From Acidilobaceae archaeon (GTDB taxonomy: Archaea; Thermoproteota; Thermoprotei_A; Sulfolobales; Acidilobaceae): a DNA stretch of 64,000 nucleotides. Position numbers and translations under genes: made by a program. Positions 50,572 through 61,163 of the stretch are shown here, piece after piece. How positions within the stretch are numbered: position 1 is the stretch's first letter; each line of letters starts with the position of its first letter. The notes below the pieces were generated by a model. The model did no database searches. It saw only the letters and a list, made by a program, of their open reading frames with translations, and was not told the DNA's origin. Location: contig JAWBBK010000006.1 of the NCBI GenBank assembly GCA_038824665.1, positions 1 through 64,000 of the forward strand, written 5' to 3'.

Positions 50572-51624
50572 CTAGACCTCAACACTTAGTCTAGACATAA
50601 AGTCTGCAGGTTTTACGTCATATGTTTTAGATGATAAGATAAGAAGCACGTCTTCTACTTCGAGTCTGAGTAAAACCAAAGGAGCTATAATGAAAGCTGG
50701 TCTGTAGGGATCTCCTATCATTATCTTGTTGGCTATCTTTCGTAGAACTCTGCCTCCTCCTATTAAAGCCCCGCTCAACACTTCATCTAAGGACTCTCCT
50801 ACAACTTTAATATCGAGTGTCTTCCCGAGGTCTTCAGCGAGGTCCTTGAAATGTATAGCTCTACTGTAGACCTCAAGTAGAAATGGAATGTCAAAACCGC
50901 ATATGCTGATCGGTCTGAGGATCGTATCCAAAACTTCCAGAGGGACTCCATAAACTTTGCTATGAACCAAACCGGCAAAGAGAAGAGGCTTGAGCCTTGG
51001 ACATAGAAGCACCTCGAGATCCTTCAAATCTATAGGACTAAGAGGCTCTAATGTCTCACTATAAATCCTTACTGTATAAGGAGCCGAAAAGACGTAAAGA
51101 GGAACCTCTAATCTATGCTCCTCTACGAGAGATAGCGCTTCAGAGAGATACGCATGGACCCAAGTGTCCTTAAGCGCTGTCATCATAGACTCTAGGGAAA
51201 GCAACTTTTCCGGTTCTCTTATTAAGGAATAGACTAGGGTGTCGTAATGCATAGAAGGAAGCCTTTCGTGTAGTGGAGCTTTCAGTTTAACCTTCTGAGC
51301 TATTATCATTAAATCTTTGAGTTCCTCTTCTCTAGCGAATAGCAAAACCACGTCTTTCAGATATGAAGGGCAAACCTCAGCTAGCTTAAAGACGCTTCTA
51401 AAATATCCGCGCCATACTGCTGTTTCTGCTTGAAATAAGTTCTTAGCTTCCCTGACTTCGGGATAAAGCGATTCGCCGAGAACAGACACAGCTTTCTCGA
51501 AGTCTTTAGCTAGAGATATTTCTTTGATCACTTCCGGTCTCAGAAGGCGAGTCTTCAGAACTCTCGCTATGACTATAGGCTTAGCATAGTCCAGCGGGGC
51601 TATCCAAGGTAGCTGGATTCTCAA
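50572..51624 (-). CDS. atpC: A/V-type ATP synthase subunit C-like
   Basis: 350 aa; Y....AR.....LL, L.ES.Y, L..LEVED..LI patterns. Confidence 0.65.
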   Translation of the reverse strand: MRIQLPWIAPLDYAKPIVIARVLKTRLLRPEVIKEISLAKDFEKAVSVLGESLYPEVREAKNLFQAETAVWRGYFRSVFKLAEVCPSYLKDVVLLFAREEELKDLMIIAQKVKLKAPLHERLPSMHYDTLVYSLIREPEKLLSLESMMTALKDTWVHAYLSEALSLVEEHRLEVPLYVFSAPYTVRIYSETLEPLSPIDLKDLEVLLCPRLKPLLFAGLVHSKVYGVPLEVLDTILRPISICGFDIPFLLEVYSRAIHFKDLAEDLGKTLDIKVVGESLDEVLSGALIGGGRVLRKIANKIMIGDPYRPAFIIAPLVLLRLEVEDVLLILSSKTYDVKPADFMSRLSVEV

Positions 51625-51630
51625 TAGAAG

Positions 51631-51972
51631 CTACACCTCTCTTAAAAGTCTCTTAACTTCTTCAAAAGCTACCTCTACGGCTTTATTGAAGTTTTTATTA
51701 AATAGCTCCTCTAACTCTTTGATTTTTCTTTCTGAAGAAACTTCGTGTTCTTCTACGAGCCTCTCAGAGGCTCTTTCAGCCTCTTTGCGGAGCTCTTCTA
51801 CTACTTCTTTTAAAACTAGCTCGAGATCTCTCCTCAGGTCTCTTATGTTCTCTTCTGTATATCTCATAATGTCGTTCGCTCTCGTAAGGCTATGCTCGTG
51901 AAGAGCCTTAAGTTGCTCCTCAAACCATATTACAGCCTCAGCTAGCTTTGAAACGCTCACTCTTATCACCAA
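51631..51972 (-). CDS. A-type ATPase peripheral-stalk subunit H/G-like coiled coil
   Basis: Glu-rich coiled coil ending NF.KAVE; directly upstream of the atpC-like gene. Confidence 0.55.
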   Translation of the reverse strand: MVIRVSVSKLAEAVIWFEEQLKALHEHSLTRANDIMRYTEENIRDLRRDLELVLKEVVEELRKEAERASERLVEEHEVSSERKIKELEELFNKNFNKAVEVAFEEVKRLLREV

Positions 51973-52018
51973 ACTCCAGAGAGTTTGAAAAGCATAAAGC
52001 CTATTAAGCTAAAAAGTT

Positions 52019-53114
52019 CTAGGACGTCTCTGGCTCTTCAGTTGAACTCTTAGCTGACCGACTTCTTTTCCACATCCTGGGATAAATGCCAGGCTCTAAT
52101 ACCACTCTCTCAGGCTCTACCGCTATTCCACGCTCTAGTGATAACATAGCTTCGGCGCTCATAACGGCTCTTCCTAAAGCCACAAGCTCTCCTTTGAGAG
52201 TCAAGAGAGCTACGATATCTCCTCTTCTCACCCTATCGCTAACCATCGCTATTCCGGGCACAGCGAGCCTCGCTCCGTTAACTATGCTCTCTACAGCAGA
52301 ATCTCTCAACACGACCTTAGGGAGCGAACACACTAAGTACTCTGCTGGATAAACAACTTTTCTAATAGCGTCTTCCCTATTTTCGGTCTTCCAGAGGTAA
52401 ACGGCTTCAGAGAGGTCTTGAAGCTTTACGAGACCTAAGTCCTCTTTAATGGGTCCTGTTCTAGTTCTCCTGAGTTCTCTCATATGTGCGCCTACGCCTA
52501 ACACTAAGCCTATGTCCCAACAGAGCTTCCTTATGTACGTTCCGGGGTCCGAAGTTACTCTGAAGACTACATACTTGCCTCTCTTCTCTAAGACCTCTAG
52601 CTCGTAGATCGTCTTAACTCTTATAGCTCTCTTAACGCTACTTCTTAAAGGCGGTCTCTGATATATCCTGCCTCGAAACTCGTTAAAGGCCTTTTTCAGC
52701 TCGTCTTCGCTAACGTCTTCATGAAGTTGCATAACGCAAACGTACTCCTTTGATGAGTGCATGAGAAGTCCTATTATCTTCGTGGCTCTCTCTAGAGCTA
52801 TTGGTAATACTCCAGTGACCTTGGGGTGTCCCCGCTCCTTCCAGGAGCTCTAGGGTCCCCCCATGACCTGCCTTCTTCACGCCTAGCAATCTCTTAATCC
52901 AAGCCACGACCTCATGACTAGTTGGACCCGGAGGTTTGTCTAGAGGTATCATTCCATACTCTATGTACTTGTTTATAGGTCTTTGTGTTGGAAGCCATCC
53001 AAATCTTTCATCAGTCTGCTCTTCTATCTTGACTTCTAACTTCTCTTCAAAACCGCAAGTCTTCGAAAGACTCTTTATGAACTCTAGGCCCGCCTTCGTT
53101 AGATCCATATCCAC
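52019..53114 (-). CDS. cbf5: H/ACA pseudouridine synthase Cbf5, intron-split (join 53114-52850, 52827-52019)
   Basis: Exon 1 [13 protein letters not shown]...AGHGGTL; removing 22 nt restores [12 protein letters not shown] in frame with GTYIR, LRRTR and the PUA domain. Confidence 0.95.
52828..52849 (-). other. 22-nt archaeal pre-mRNA intron with BHB-like motif
   Basis: CCCT-AG^A-GCTCC-TGGAA-GGAGC-GGGG-AC^A-CCCC; interrupts the catalytic Asp codon. Confidence 0.92.
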
Positions 53115-53177
53115 CCCTCTAAATCGCTATCTGTAGCAACAATTAGGGTTCAAAACCGTAAAGATCGAGATGAAGGT

Positions 53178-53477
53178 CTACCTTATCTTCATTAAAGGCT
53201 TTAGTCTTTCTTTCATGAACTCGAGAAGGCCTGCTGCTTTAAGAGCTCTCTCTACCTCTTCATCGCTAGCTCCTTTCGATATGTCTATCTTTTTATCTAA
53301 AGGTTCTATGTGACTTATGTTACATCTTTTCCTCTTAACGCCTGAGACGCTCTTAGGGCCCGTAACTAAAACGAAGTTGTTGTCTATTATATCGATTATA
53401 ACGCACTTTCTCCCTGCCTCTCTACCTCTAGTTTTTACACAGATTCGACCGACCTCTATTAGAGGCACTCTATTCAC
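53178..53477 (-). CDS. rpl14e: 50S ribosomal protein L14e
   Basis: [26 protein letters not shown]; likely start is GTG 53468. Confidence 0.95.
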   Translation of the reverse strand: MNRVPLIEVGRICVKTRGREAGRKCVIIDIIDNNFVLVTGPKSVSGVKRKRCNISHIEPLDKKIDISKGASDEEVERALKAAGLLEFMKERLKPLMKIR

Positions 53478-53488
53478 CTCTGTAGCTT

Positions 53489-54121
53489 CTAGCTCTGAGC
53501 ACCACTCTTATAAGAGTTGTTCTCGTTCTTTAGTTTTGTTTGCTTATTGAGCTTTGCGCTAACCAACCAACGTATTATATGATATGCCTCATCTATAGTG
53601 AGTTCAGATGTATCGAGCACTATATCGAAGTGCGACATATCGATTATGTCGACCCCATAGTACTTTAGAAACCGTCTCCAATGACTTTCCTCTCTAGATA
53701 TTATCTCCTCTAGCGCTTCTTCCAGCTTTTTGTTATCTCTAGAAGCTACTCTTCTAGCTCTCACTATTGGATCTGCCTTTACGTAAACAACTACGTCAGC
53801 TATGTGCTTGAGAAGCCATGCTGCCAGATGACTGTCTATCACCACACCTCCTTTACATGCTTCTCGTAGAGTTCTTCTCTCGATCTCGTAATCTATTCTG
53901 GGCTCTCTTTCAGCTAGTTTGTTGAACTCAACTAAGCTCAAGCCTAGTTCCGACGCTAAAGTTCTAAAGACCTCGCCCGTAGTAAAGTGTCTTAGACCAA
54001 GGTCGTTAGCGAGCCTTTCAGCGTAAGTTGATTTGCCTGAACCTGGAGGACCTGTGATAACTATGACTGGACCTGTTTTATTACACTCGCCGCTATCAGC
54101 TCCGCTAGACATGTCGAGCAC
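53489..54121 (-). CDS. cmk: Cytidylate kinase (archaeal)
   Basis: [19 protein letters not shown]; operon context. Confidence 0.9.
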   Translation of the reverse strand: MLDMSSGADSGECNKTGPVIVITGPPGSGKSTYAERLANDLGLRHFTTGEVFRTLASELGLSLVEFNKLAEREPRIDYEIERRTLREACKGGVVIDSHLAAWLLKHIADVVVYVKADPIVRARRVASRDNKKLEEALEEIISREESHWRRFLKYYGVDIIDMSHFDIVLDTSELTIDEAYHIIRWLVSAKLNKQTKLKNENNSYKSGAQS

Positions 54122-54339
54122 AAGACACCACCGTATGGTCTATTTGGTCTCTTTTTGCTCTTGCTAAGCCCTTTCAGTTCTGATGGTCTGAGTCTAGGTA
54201 CCCCGCCTAACGGTTTTTTGCACCTGCTACACACTGCATATCCAGGCTTTCTTTTCTCATAATGAGTTGTCGTCGAGCCTCCAGGCGTTCTCCTCATGAC
54301 TCTTCTGAAGCTTCTAGACCTGAGCTTAGGTCTGACCAT
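54061..54339 (-). CDS. rpl34e: 50S ribosomal protein L34e
   Basis: [22 protein letters not shown]. Confidence 0.95.
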   Translation of the reverse strand: MVRPKLRSRSFRRVMRRTPGGSTTTHYEKRKPGYAVCSRCKKPLGGVPRLRPSELKGLSKSKKRPNRPYGGVLCSTCLAELIAASVIKQVQS

Positions 54340-54431
54340 TACTGAAGCCCTCTCGTTGCAAAGATATCTACGGCTTAAAAAGATAAAGATGAGTAGAGGT
54401 TTAGAGAACGAGGTCGGAGAATTCTGAGTCG

Positions 54432-54866
54432 CTAGCTGTAAGAGGTCTCGCTGAAGACTAGTATTGCCAACATGAATACGAAGAAGTGGATTAACACAAC
54501 GCTTATTTGAGGACCTTTTTCTGTGTTTACGGTCAAAAAAGGTATATCAAAGGGAGCTGGTACCAGGGGTTCTAAGAATAGGGTATAGGCGAAAAGAAGA
54601 CTAGTATAAACGATAGTCACTATAAGAAGTTTAGCTAAAAGAGCTTTGCGTAATAGAGAGACAGCGCTAGAGTATTCTAAAGACCTATTCTTTATGCGTC
54701 TTAGAGACCTCTTGTCTCTAGGAGCTTCTTCTGTTCCCTTGTAACTAGCTACGATCAGACGGGCTTGAGCTACTTTATGTGGTGGAAACAGCTTAGAGTA
54801 GATAACTAGAGAGATCAAGATAGTGAAAGAAGAACAAACAGTCACAATAAGTGCTGAAAGTCCCAC
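54432..54866 (-). CDS. DUF106/EMC3-like membrane protein
   Basis: Three TM segments with a basic linker; canonical slot between adk and rpl34e. Confidence 0.55.
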   Translation of the reverse strand: MGLSALIVTVCSSFTILISLVIYSKLFPPHKVAQARLIVASYKGTEEAPRDKRSLRRIKNRSLEYSSAVSLLRKALLAKLLIVTIVYTSLLFAYTLFLEPLVPAPFDIPFLTVNTEKGPQISVVLIHFFVFMLAILVFSETSYS

Positions 54867-54868
54867 TC

Positions 54869-55498
54869 TTAGATACCCTTAAGTATTTGAAGAACGCTCT
54901 TTGCGGCTTCTTCTGGCAGACCTTCTTTATTGTAGACAATAGCTACTGTAGAAGCTAAAAGAGTCGCGCTGGAAAAAGCTGAAACTCTAGCGTATTCCAT
55001 TAGTCTCTTTATGTCCTCTACCCCACCTATGTCCGATCTGTGTCTACTCTTATCTCTTATTTGACGAGCTAAGACCTCTTCTGGATCTGCTTCGATAAGC
55101 ACTATTGCATCAGGCTTCAATATGTTGATAACATGATAAGGTAGGCCAGGCAAAAATCCTTGTGGAGTCTTTATCAGAGCGTGAGTGTCGACTAGAAGCA
55201 CTGAGTCTTGTCCTAGATCTTTCTCGGCGTCATTAATTATCTCTTGAGCGGCTATCGCTTGAAGCTCTAATTGTTTTCTGAGAGGTAGCTTTCTTAGCTC
55301 ATCTCTGTTGTTGACGATCTTCTTCTCAATAGCTCTCGAGACCATATAGTCTCCGAAGTTGACTATCTTCAGTCTAACTCCAGAACTCTCGGCAAGCTTA
55401 GAGAGATGTGCTAAGACTGTTGACTTCCCTACACCAGGAACTCCAACAACAACAACTACCTTGAATTTGTTTCTGCTAGGACCGGAACCTCCCATCAC
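54869..55498 (-). CDS. adkA: Adenylate kinase (archaeal type)
   Basis: GVPGVGKST, NFGD, RDELRKL, DTH, GFLPGLP. Confidence 0.94.
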   Translation of the reverse strand: MMGGSGPSRNKFKVVVVVGVPGVGKSTVLAHLSKLAESSGVRLKIVNFGDYMVSRAIEKKIVNNRDELRKLPLRKQLELQAIAAQEIINDAEKDLGQDSVLLVDTHALIKTPQGFLPGLPYHVINILKPDAIVLIEADPEEVLARQIRDKSRHRSDIGGVEDIKRLMEYARVSAFSSATLLASTVAIVYNKEGLPEEAAKSVLQILKGI

Positions 55499-56868
55499 TC
55501 CTCACCCAAAAGCTTTCTGAGAGCTGGATACATTTCTAGAGTTCTATCTCGCACGATTATTGCATAGTATTGCTGAACTATACCGACGGAAAGAAGTAGG
55601 CCTGTTGCAGAACCGTAACAACCTAACGTGTCGCCTATGATGACTATTGAAACCACTATGAGGCTAGAGAGCAACGTTAATGGATATATGTATTCAGCTA
55701 GGAGGTCTTCTAAGATCTTCACGTTCCTCCTCATTCCAGGTATCTCTAGGCCACTTTTTATTATGTTTTCAGCCTGTCCTCTCGGATTGAGATCTGAAAC
55801 CGTTATCCACATAAAACCGAGAATTACTGCCATGATCGTCCAACTTACTGCAAAGGTGATAACCCTAATTGGGTCTGCTACAGCGGAAACGATTCCATGA
55901 GGTGGGCTCATATAGTATACCAAAGTCCTGAGAGCCTCAGAGACTGCGCTCTCAGGCCTGAAACTACTCACTATGCTTTCTATGAGTTGAAGGTCTGCAA
56001 CTATTATACCTACTAAAAGAATGGGTATATTAGTCACGTAAATCAGTTGTAAAGGAACTCTGCTCTTAAGACCAGCGAACCTACCGATAGCTACAGGGAT
56101 CTCTATCTTAGACCCCTGGAGGTATATTAATGTTACAATCAAAAACATTGTAGTAAAGAATCCTGTGACATCGGGATATCCTTCTGGTCTCGCGAGTATA
56201 ATTGCATCCCTTTCAGCTATCAAAGCTGGAATCAGACCATAGTATATTGTGCCCCTATCTGTCGTTATGAAGCCAAAGATCTGCCACAACAGAGTGTGTG
56301 CAACTCCAGCTAATATGAACAGACTTATGGCACTGCCAACCCCCCACCCTTTTTGAAGAGTTTCGTCGAAAAGTATCACAAGAAAAGCCCCAAGAACCAG
56401 CTGAACCACAACCAAAGCCATTTGTGGATAGCTTGGAACGATGCCTGTATTCGCCCAATAGTATTTGCTCGCCACAATGCCTATAGCTTGAACTATTGCT
56501 ATGAATAAGGCGAGAGTCTTCATAGCTCCCGTGAACTTCTTTCTATCCTCAGGTTTCGTCATATCCAGATTAAGTAGTTTTGCGCCGACGAGGATCTGGA
56601 GTATGAGACCTGCTGTAACGATAGGACCGATGCCTAACTCCATAAGAGTTCCTTGCGAGCTGGCGAAAATGATCCTTAAGAGGTGGATCTGTTGTACCGC
56701 TTCCTCTTCTCTCGGTATTCCATAAAGAGGTATATTGGCCAGAATAAAGTATATGACCAATATGATGCCTGTCATAGCCAGTCTCTTATCTAGAGTGGGT
56801 CTTTGTTTTGGTTTTTCTACAGACGGTAGGAGTTCGCTCAACTTGGTTATTACATCGAATATGCCCAA
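55495..56868 (-). CDS. secY: Protein translocase SecY/Sec61-alpha
   Basis: GTLMELGIGPIVTAG.I.Q, KGWG.GS, Y.TNIP, IPGMR, TG.LL. Confidence 0.97.
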   Translation of the reverse strand: MGIFDVITKLSELLPSVEKPKQRPTLDKRLAMTGIILVIYFILANIPLYGIPREEEAVQQIHLLRIIFASSQGTLMELGIGPIVTAGLILQILVGAKLLNLDMTKPEDRKKFTGAMKTLALFIAIVQAIGIVASKYYWANTGIVPSYPQMALVVVQLVLGAFLVILFDETLQKGWGVGSAISLFILAGVAHTLLWQIFGFITTDRGTIYYGLIPALIAERDAIILARPEGYPDVTGFFTTMFLIVTLIYLQGSKIEIPVAIGRFAGLKSRVPLQLIYVTNIPILLVGIIVADLQLIESIVSSFRPESAVSEALRTLVYYMSPPHGIVSAVADPIRVITFAVSWTIMAVILGFMWITVSDLNPRGQAENIIKSGLEIPGMRRNVKILEDLLAEYIYPLTLLSSLIVVSIVIIGDTLGCYGSATGLLLSVGIVQQYYAIIVRDRTLEMYPALRKLLGEE

Positions 56869-56955
56869 ACTCCTCCACCAAGCCCGATAAGTTGAAGCTT
56901 TAGGTCTAGAATCTAAAAGCCTTATTTAGCCCGACAACTCTCCTTGAACTAAGGT

Positions 56956-57043
56956 GCGGGGGTGCCCGAGCCTGGTCAAAGGGGTCGGGCTTAGGACCCG
57001 ATGGCGTAGGCCTGCGTGGGTTCAAATCCCACCCCCCGCACCA
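56956..57043 (+). tRNA. tRNA-Leu(TAG), intronless, CCA encoded
   Basis: Anticodon loop CT-TAG-GA; 86 of 88 positions identical to tRNA-Leu(GAG). Confidence 0.97.
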
Positions 57044-57050
57044 TGTGTAT

Positions 57051-58193
57051 TTACAGGCTTTCTACAGGCTCTCTGAACATAACTCTGAAGATCCTTGGAG
57101 AGGCTAGCGTAAGCACGAGTATTGCAAGAAGAGGAACAACCCCATATTTTGTCATTATGTATGGAGTTATTACGGTAAAAACCATGGATATTAAGGAAGC
57201 GATAGAAAGACTTCTTAAAGCCTCCCGCGGCTTTCTGTTCAAGACGAAGTCTATCATGGATAGCTGAGCTAGCATCATGCTGGTTCCCCCGAGGGCCAGC
57301 TGAGCCAGTAGGTAAAGCTGGGATTGATGCTCCAGATACCTGAGCAAAAGCGCTGTCGAAACTAAGAGGTTCGCCAAAACGAAACCGGCTTTAATTAAAG
57401 ACAGAATTGCTCCTGCTAAAGACCCTATAGAGAAGAAGGCAAGCACAAGACTTCTATCATCTGCTGAGAAGCTCGATAGCAATGTAATTCTCAAAGAAGC
57501 CGCTATAGCTATAACTATCGAAAATCTAAGCATCTCTAAACAGAACAGCCTATTGTTCAGGATTTCAGTCTCACCACTGAAGAGCGCTTCTTCTAGCCTT
57601 TCTACTAAGATCGACACCGATTTGATGTTGCTAAAAGGTATTGGTGGAGAAAAAATCAACCTTAGCGACGTAAGGAGCAATAGCGAACAAAAAAGTGAAA
57701 ACATCATAACAGAGACCGGTAACGATAAAGGAGCTGAGATCAGAACTAATATCACAACTCCTATCTGAGTTGAGGCATAGAACGTAGCGATAGCCTTGAC
57801 CCATTCGTCAAAGTCCACGCTTTCTAGCACTGAAACTATTAAAGCGGGTATGATTAAAGCCTGCGCTATCGATGAAATAGCGTAAAGAAAGAAGATGGTG
57901 GTTTCATCTATAGACTTTTTCGTAATCACTAGCCATAATGAGAATAAAGCTAGAAGAAGCAGAAAAGTAGATGTAGCCGCTACCGCTCTAGTCCTGCTTC
58001 CTCTCGACAAGAAGTAACGAAGAACGATAAACTTAGCTAAACCCAGCCCGACCAAGCTAAGCGCAGAAAGCGCGCTAAAGCCTGCGCTCCAACCTATTAA
58101 CCGACTAGAATGAAAATACAATACTTCGAATTCTAAGTACATCCAAAGACTCGTCGCTAAAGATGAAGCGATAACGAGTCTTAACCACCACAT
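57051..58193 (-). CDS. Divergent MFS-like membrane protein
   Basis: About 12 hydrophobic segments with a central hydrophilic loop. Confidence 0.6.
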   Translation of the reverse strand: MWWLRLVIASSLATSLWMYLEFEVLYFHSSRLIGWSAGFSALSALSLVGLGLAKFIVLRYFLSRGSRTRAVAATSTFLLLLALFSLWLVITKKSIDETTIFFLYAISSIAQALIIPALIVSVLESVDFDEWVKAIATFYASTQIGVVILVLISAPLSLPVSVMMFSLFCSLLLLTSLRLIFSPPIPFSNIKSVSILVERLEEALFSGETEILNNRLFCLEMLRFSIVIAIAASLRITLLSSFSADDRSLVLAFFSIGSLAGAILSLIKAGFVLANLLVSTALLLRYLEHQSQLYLLAQLALGGTSMMLAQLSMIDFVLNRKPREALRSLSIASLISMVFTVITPYIMTKYGVVPLLAILVLTLASPRIFRVMFREPVESL

Positions 58194-58381
58194 GCTTATC
58201 CCCTTTTTAAGCTTTGTACACGCTAAAACAGCCCTATCATCTATAGCATCTTCAAGAATCAGAGGAATGTGACGCCTATAAGAATGCTACAGATAGTTTG
58301 TTTTTGTAAAAGAGAAGAAGTAAAAGCCTTCATAAACCAGATAAGCCTCCACAGAACATAATCAAATCAAAATGGTGCTAC

Positions 58382-58561
58382 TTGTTGAGTTTAGATAAAT
58401 CGATCTACGAGAGAGTTCTGTCCTCTTTCAAAAAGAAGGCTGAGGAAAGCCTTAATATAAGACGAGCTAAGGTCAGAGAGAGGTATAAGCAGTACGTTCA
58501 AGAACTCGAAGAGAAATTTAACAACATAGCGGAGACTTTTTCTTCAATGTTGAGAGAATAA
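58382..58561 (+). CDS. 59-aa helical protein, possible A-ATPase small (epsilon-like) subunit; below the ORF-track cutoff
   Basis: TGGTG SD then TTG; MLSLDKSIYERVLSSFKKKAEESLNIRRAKVRERYKQYVQELEEKFNNIAETFSSMLRE. Confidence 0.55.
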   Translation: MLSLDKSIYERVLSSFKKKAEESLNIRRAKVRERYKQYVQELEEKFNNIAETFSSMLRE

Positions 58562-58605
58562 ATTCTAAGCGTTCTTAAAGAGGCTTTCATCTCTTAAGAC
58601 ATATC

Positions 58606-58845
58606 TCAGCTTTTAGTTAACAGATAGTATATGACCATTAAAACGAGAGCTAAGGCTATAAGCACTACAGCTATAGCGGGCGACGTAGCCACCACTATAG
58701 GAATGGGGCCTATCATAATTACTCCTCCGCCTTCAAGCTTTTCTGAATAGCCCTTACCCAATACCGACATAAAGATCCCGATGAACACCAAAGCCATTCC
58801 TAAAAATATTAAGATCACGCCTAAGATCGCTAGCTTCTCCCACAT
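58606..58845 (-). CDS. DUF131 small membrane protein
   Basis: GGGVIMIGPIPIV motif; true start is ATG 58845 with GAGGT SD (the longer ORF reads through the SRP RNA). Confidence 0.85.
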   Translation of the reverse strand: MWEKLAILGVILIFLGMALVFIGIFMSVLGKGYSEKLEGGGVIMIGPIPIVVATSPAIAVVLIALALVLMVIYYLLTKS

Positions 58846-58915
58846 TCCGACCTCTGCCCCTATCCTATATCGTTTAGAGTCTTTTGGTTTAAATACCGCA
58901 GGCCTAAAGAGCTGA

Positions 58916-59238
58916 GGCGCACGGACTCCGACCGCCTTACAAGAGTTCCCGGGGTCCTCCAAGGTGACCGTCAGCCCGCTGACCCCGTGAACGTCTGCGT
59001 CTGGGGATAGGTTGCTCCCTTCCGGGCCTGGCCAGGTTTCCCCAGCTAAGGCTGTAGTCGCGGCTCTCCAGCCGCGACCCAGCCTCCACAGACCCCACGG
59101 GACGGGCTTCATTCAGCTCCCCCCTAGAGGTTCCTCGGGAACTCCTGTAAGGCGGTCGGATTACTGGCCCCTGCCTTACGCCTTCAGGCGGCCTTTAAAG
59201 CCGGGGGATCGGCGAACCCCCAGCCCTTCCCGTGCGCC
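58916..59238 (-). ncRNA. ffs: SRP (7S) RNA
   Basis: GC-rich 323 nt; paired ends GGCGCACGG/CCGTGCGCC; helix 8 CCAGGCCCGGAAGGGAGCA; long helix 5 pairing. Confidence 0.95.
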
Positions 59239-59354
59239 ACTATATCACGTCTTCATAGGGAGTTAAGTGTTTTTACTACACATCCTCTCGAGCATTCTTT
59301 ATCAAATTTTTATTTTTAGTCTTCTTATTAAGAACACTTAGTTTGGAGAAAAAG

Positions 59355-61151
59355 ATGAGTGGTATTTTCGGACTTCTCTGTAAAGAGCCGATAAAAGGTG
59401 AGCTAGTTTACGAATGTCTCAGGAGATTGTTTTACAGAGGAGTTGACGGTTGCGGCGTAGCTTTTGAAGATGACTCTTCTTCTATCGTAATTCGGAAAAA
59501 AGCTCTGAGCATAGATAAGGCTAGAGACTTTTTCAGACTAGATAATGTCTGGACCAAAAGAGCTATAGGCCATGTGCTACACGTTATAAGAGGGATGCCT
59601 GTAGACGTCAACACTCAGCCTCATCAAGACTGTAGCTTGAACCTCTCAGTAGTCTCTGATGGATTGATAAAGAACTATGAAGAGTTGAAGCTCCTGCTCC
59701 AAGAGAAAAACCACGTGTTTAAAACAACTACTGATGTTGAGGTGCTACCGCATATGCTAGAAGAAGAACTAGAAGCTGGAACAGATTTCTTAGAAGCGTT
59801 ACGAAGGATAGCGCTTAAGGCTTATGGAATGTATTCTGCAATATTCATGATAAAAGGAGAGTCTTCGCTGGGGTTTATAGCCAGAGGTCTACCTATAGTC
59901 ATGGGAATTAGTAGCAAGTGTTTCTTCCTTTCTAGCGATGTACCGAGCCTCTATGGGGTAGCTGAGGAGGCTATAATCATAGAGGAAGATGTTGTAGGAG
60001 CAGTTACCCAAGAAGGATTTAGCGTTTTCAGCTTAGATGCATGGAAAGAGCTGAAATCTTTCGTACGCAAAACGCTGAAAAGGACATACGAATATCCAGA
60101 AAAAGGCGGATATCCCCACTTTATGATTAAGGAGATCCGTGAGACTCCAGAAGCATTAAGAAGAACTACATTATCGCTTATGGAGAAATATCTGAGATTG
60201 GCCTCTATGATAATAGTCAACTCAAGAGGGGTCGTGATCACGGGTAGCGGTTCGAGCTATCACGCTGGTCTCTTAGGACAGCACTATTTATCTGAACTAG
60301 CCCAAGTGAGCGCTTCCGTCGTTAACGCTTCTGAGTTCCCTTACTATGCTGTAGGTGGGATATCAACAGGCACTGTAGTCATAGCGATCAGTCAGAGCGG
60401 TGAAACATCAGATGTAATAAAAAGCATTAGATTAGCTAAGCTAAGAGGCGCTGTAATCATAGGTATAACCAACACATTAGGTTCTAGACTTGTTCTTCAC
60501 TCCAATGTCTACCTTCCTATAGGAGCTGGACCGGAGTTTGTGATACCTGCGACTAAAACGTTCTCGTCAACTGTGGCTTCTCTCCTGATCCTCTCTGCCC
60601 ATGTGGGAGCCTACAAAGGTCTTCTTTCCGAAACCGACGTAAAGAGAGTCTATAACGAGATCGAAGTCTTATCCCACGATATAGAGAAAAGTTTAGATGA
60701 GATCGAGGTAACAGCCGAAAGAATAGCGAAAGAGGTTAAAGACTCTCCTCTAATCTATGTGGTGGGAAGCGGAGCTCTCTATCCTATAGCTCTTGAAGGC
60801 GTTCTAAAGCTCAAAGAAGCCTCTCTCACACACGCTGTAGGATTACAACTCGGAGAGCTGAGACACGGTCATATAGCTGTCTTAAAAGAGAGTGTTCCAG
60901 TGATTCTGCTTGAACCTCTAGAGAGAGAGGTCAGAGAACTCTATGAGAACATCCTCGAGGTCTTGAGGATTCGTGGAACTAAAGTAATCGAAGTTGGAAA
61001 AAGTGGAGATCTCTTAGTTCCTTCTTCAGGAAAGCTGACTGCACCTATTGCTTATGCTGTAGCGCTTCAAATGTTTGCCTATAAGCTAGGAGTCATTAAA
61101 GGTGTTTCCATAGACTCGCCTCCAGGACTCGCTAAAGCCGTCACTACTTAA
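59355..61151 (+). CDS. GlmS paralog with degenerate glutaminase domain
   Basis: MSGIFG (Cys1 to Ser), GHVLHVIRG, SDG; SIS motifs SQSGET, LKLKE, ELRHG, LAKAVT retained. Confidence 0.85.
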   Translation: MSGIFGLLCKEPIKGELVYECLRRLFYRGVDGCGVAFEDDSSSIVIRKKALSIDKARDFFRLDNVWTKRAIGHVLHVIRGMPVDVNTQPHQDCSLNLSVVSDGLIKNYEELKLLLQEKNHVFKTTTDVEVLPHMLEEELEAGTDFLEALRRIALKAYGMYSAIFMIKGESSLGFIARGLPIVMGISSKCFFLSSDVPSLYGVAEEAIIIEEDVVGAVTQEGFSVFSLDAWKELKSFVRKTLKRTYEYPEKGGYPHFMIKEIRETPEALRRTTLSLMEKYLRLASMIIVNSRGVVITGSGSSYHAGLLGQHYLSELAQVSASVVNASEFPYYAVGGISTGTVVIAISQSGETSDVIKSIRLAKLRGAVIIGITNTLGSRLVLHSNVYLPIGAGPEFVIPATKTFSSTVASLLILSAHVGAYKGLLSETDVKRVYNEIEVLSHDIEKSLDEIEVTAERIAKEVKDSPLIYVVGSGALYPIALEGVLKLKEASLTHAVGLQLGELRHGHIAVLKESVPVILLEPLEREVRELYENILEVLRIRGTKVIEVGKSGDLLVPSSGKLTAPIAYAVALQMFAYKLGVIKGVSIDSPPGLAKAVTT

Positions 61152-61163
61152 GTAGGCGAGTCT

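Noticed and set aside
52719-53114. cbf5 as a frameshifted pseudogene
   Set aside because: The frame change is fully explained by a 22-nt BHB intron
58846-59266. ORFs 58606-59112 (long version) and 59012-59266; also the GC-rich block as RNase P RNA
   Set aside because: They overlap a structured RNA with the SRP helix 8 motif and no RNase P P4 consensus; only the DUF131 part is coding
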